Under the pieces are notes generated by a model. The model was not told the origin of the DNA. It did no database searches and worked only from the letters and a program-made list of their open reading frames with translations. Shown here piece after piece: positions 44,096-45,116 of a DNA stretch of 45,116 bases. Position 1 is the stretch's first letter. The number at the start of each line of letters is the position of its first letter. The stretch comes from a bacterium HR33 (lineage in GTDB: Bacteria; Gemmatimonadota; Gemmatimonadetes; Gemmatimonadales; GWC2-71-9). The position numbers were made by a program, and so were the translations under genes. The DNA lies in contig CAMDCH010000001.1 in the NCBI GenBank assembly GCA_945889655.1, forward strand, positions 1-45,116. The letters run 5' to 3'.

Positions 44096-44170
44096 GGTGC
44101 TCGGTTCTCGGTTCTCGGTGCTCGATTGACTCCGGAGCAGCGAACACCGAGCACCGAGCACCGAAAACCG
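44096..44170. repeat. Tandem-heptamer-armed palindrome H4 ((GGTKCTC)n / (CACCGAG)n), intercistronic
   Basis: The left arm is ggtgctc ggttctc ggttctc ggtgctc. The loop is gattgactccggagcagcgaa. The right arm is caccgag caccgag caccgaa aaccg. It lies between the NrfD-like stop (44174-44176) and the molybdoenzyme start. Confidence 0.8.
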
Positions 44171-44173
44171 TAT

Positions 44174-45116
44174 TCATGAAATCGGTACCGATTGTCCCGA
44201 CATCACGAACGCGTGCTCGTATCCGAGCAATCCGGCAAGCGCGAGAATGGCCGCGAAGGGTTCGACGGTCACCGAGCCGAAGAGGAGTATGGTGAGCGGG
44301 ACGAGCATCCCCCCGACCACCGAGAGCCAGAACAGCCCGGCGTAACGGCCTCTCAGCATGACCCGCGCGGCGGCGGCGGCGTTGGCCGACGAGTGGCGCG
44401 TGCCTACCTCTCCCACCATCAGAGCCAGCAGGTGCGCCCCCACCGACCACGCGAGCGCGCCGGCGAGGTACGACGCCTCGGCGCGGGTTCTTGGCAGGAA
44501 CGTGGCCGCGAGGAGCAGGATCCCGCTGCCCGCAATCACCATCTGAAACGCGAGCTGGATGCCGACGAGGGGACTCTGCCAGAGGTCGCGCGCTTCACAC
44601 TGCCCGAACAGGAACGCGGTGTAGACCGCCGTCCCGAGTGCGAGGACGCACACGGCAGCGGCAAAGCCCGGGTTCGGGGTGCTCCCCCGCATCGCTGCCA
44701 GCAGCCAGATGAACAGGACGGCGCCGTACGCCGTGATGATGAAGGCGCCGCGGGTGAGCCACGAGCGCCACTGCGGCTTGATGAGAATGAACCAGAAGCG
44801 AGCCGGCCGCTTGAGGTCCGCGATCAGCAGCACGCCGGTGGCGAGCAGCGCGATCATGGCGAGCGCGGGCGCGAGCGTGGTGAAGATGCCGCCGGTCGAG
44901 ACGCCCAGCAGCATCGGTGCGGCCGCGACAAACGCGATCCCCGCCGCAAGCGACTTGGTCCAGAGATAGGCCGAGACCTTCCAGCGCCAGGTGATGGGGT
45001 GGGAGACGTCGTAGGCAACACGGGCGTCGGGTTGGCGGGTTGGCGGGTTGGCGGGTTTTCCAGTACCACCCGCCTGCCCGCCCCCCCACCTACCCGCCGC
45101 GTTGTCCGTCGCCGTT
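44174..45116 (-). CDS. NrfD/PsrC-like polytopic membrane subunit (5' end beyond the window)
   Basis: LIADLKRPARFWFILIKPQWRSWLTRGAFIITAYG is the NrfD-family loop motif. The frame stays open upstream of the first ATG (44914) through ..HPITWRWKVSAYLWTKSLAAGIAFVAAAP (the expected first TM) to the window edge, with no ATG/GTG/TTG. Confidence 0.7.
   Translation of the reverse strand, partial: TATDNAAGRWGGGQAGGTGKPANPPTRQPDARVAYDVSHPITWRWKVSAYLWTKSLAAGIAFVAAAPMLLGVSTGGIFTTLAPALAMIALLATGVLLIADLKRPARFWFILIKPQWRSWLTRGAFIITAYGAVLFIWLLAAMRGSTPNPGFAAAVCVLALGTAVYTAFLFGQCEARDLWQSPLVGIQLAFQMVIAGSGILLLAATFLPRTRAEASYLAGALAWSVGAHLLALMVGEVGTRHSSANAAAAARVMLRGRYAGLFWLSVVGGMLVPLTILLFGSVTVEPFAAILALAGLLGYEHAFVMSGQSVPIS
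45026..45099. repeat. Tandem-octamer-armed palindrome H5 ((GGCGGGTT)x4, loop, (ACCCGCCN)-like x4)
   Basis: The left arm is gtcgggtt ggcgggtt ggcgggtt ggcgggtt. The loop is ttccagtacc. The right arm is acccgcct gcccgccc ccccacct acccgccg. The arms pair imperfectly over about 30 nt. The element lies inside the open NrfD-like frame. Confidence 0.75.

Overview
GC-rich bacterial chromosomal window. Two ADOP-type duplicated FtsX permeases and the style of a Ser/Thr-kinase N-terminus suggest Gemmatimonadota or Acidobacteriota; this is inference only.

Layout:
- 0.1-6.1 kb: a solute-binding protein / histidine kinase / sigma-54 response-regulator operon, then a PQQ-type sugar dehydrogenase.
- 6.1-12.6 kb: a decayed chromosomal integron. 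It has a 5'-truncated integron-integrase remnant on the same strand as the cassettes, an attI-like repeat region, and about 8 cassettes. The cassettes are separated by a conserved ~145-bp attC family with R''/R' core sites and a stem carrying two extrahelical bases. Cassette cargo includes hicBA (hicA frameshifted), a DUF4160/DUF2442 pair, lipoproteins, a signal-peptide-bearing truncated hemoglobin and a reversed arsR-SRPBCC pair. An IS481-like transposase fragment has replaced half of one attC.
- ~15.6-16.1 kb: integron and IS debris beside rsmD, namely a solo attC and an exact 30-bp copy of the IS fragment.
- 16-29 kb: mostly envelope and housekeeping genes (rhodanese, DoxX, LysM, cytochrome-c propeller protein, ADOP permease, M23 peptidase, creatininase, cyclase, TPR lipoprotein, MoxR).
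- 29.2-32.5 kb: an atpZ-atpI-like-atpBEFH half operon.
- 32.7-38.1 kb: a dehydrogenase, a phd/vapC module, ccdA-tlpA and a second ADOP permease.
- 38.3-45.1 kb (minus strand): NrfD-like subunit, molybdopterin oxidoreductase, a secreted protein and two exported peroxiredoxins in tandem.

Main second-look items:
1. The distal peroxiredoxin has a single in-frame TGA exactly at the peroxidatic-Cys codon, with a 7-bp hairpin placed like a bacterial SECIS. It is a candidate selenocysteine Prx sitting next to its Cys paralog.
2. The integron has an unusual, frozen architecture.
3. A family of palindromes whose arms are tandem 7- or 8-nt repeats sits directly against stop codons.
4. A ~100-bp (GTGCGAG)n-plus-tail element occurs twice, and one copy truncates a kinase gene.
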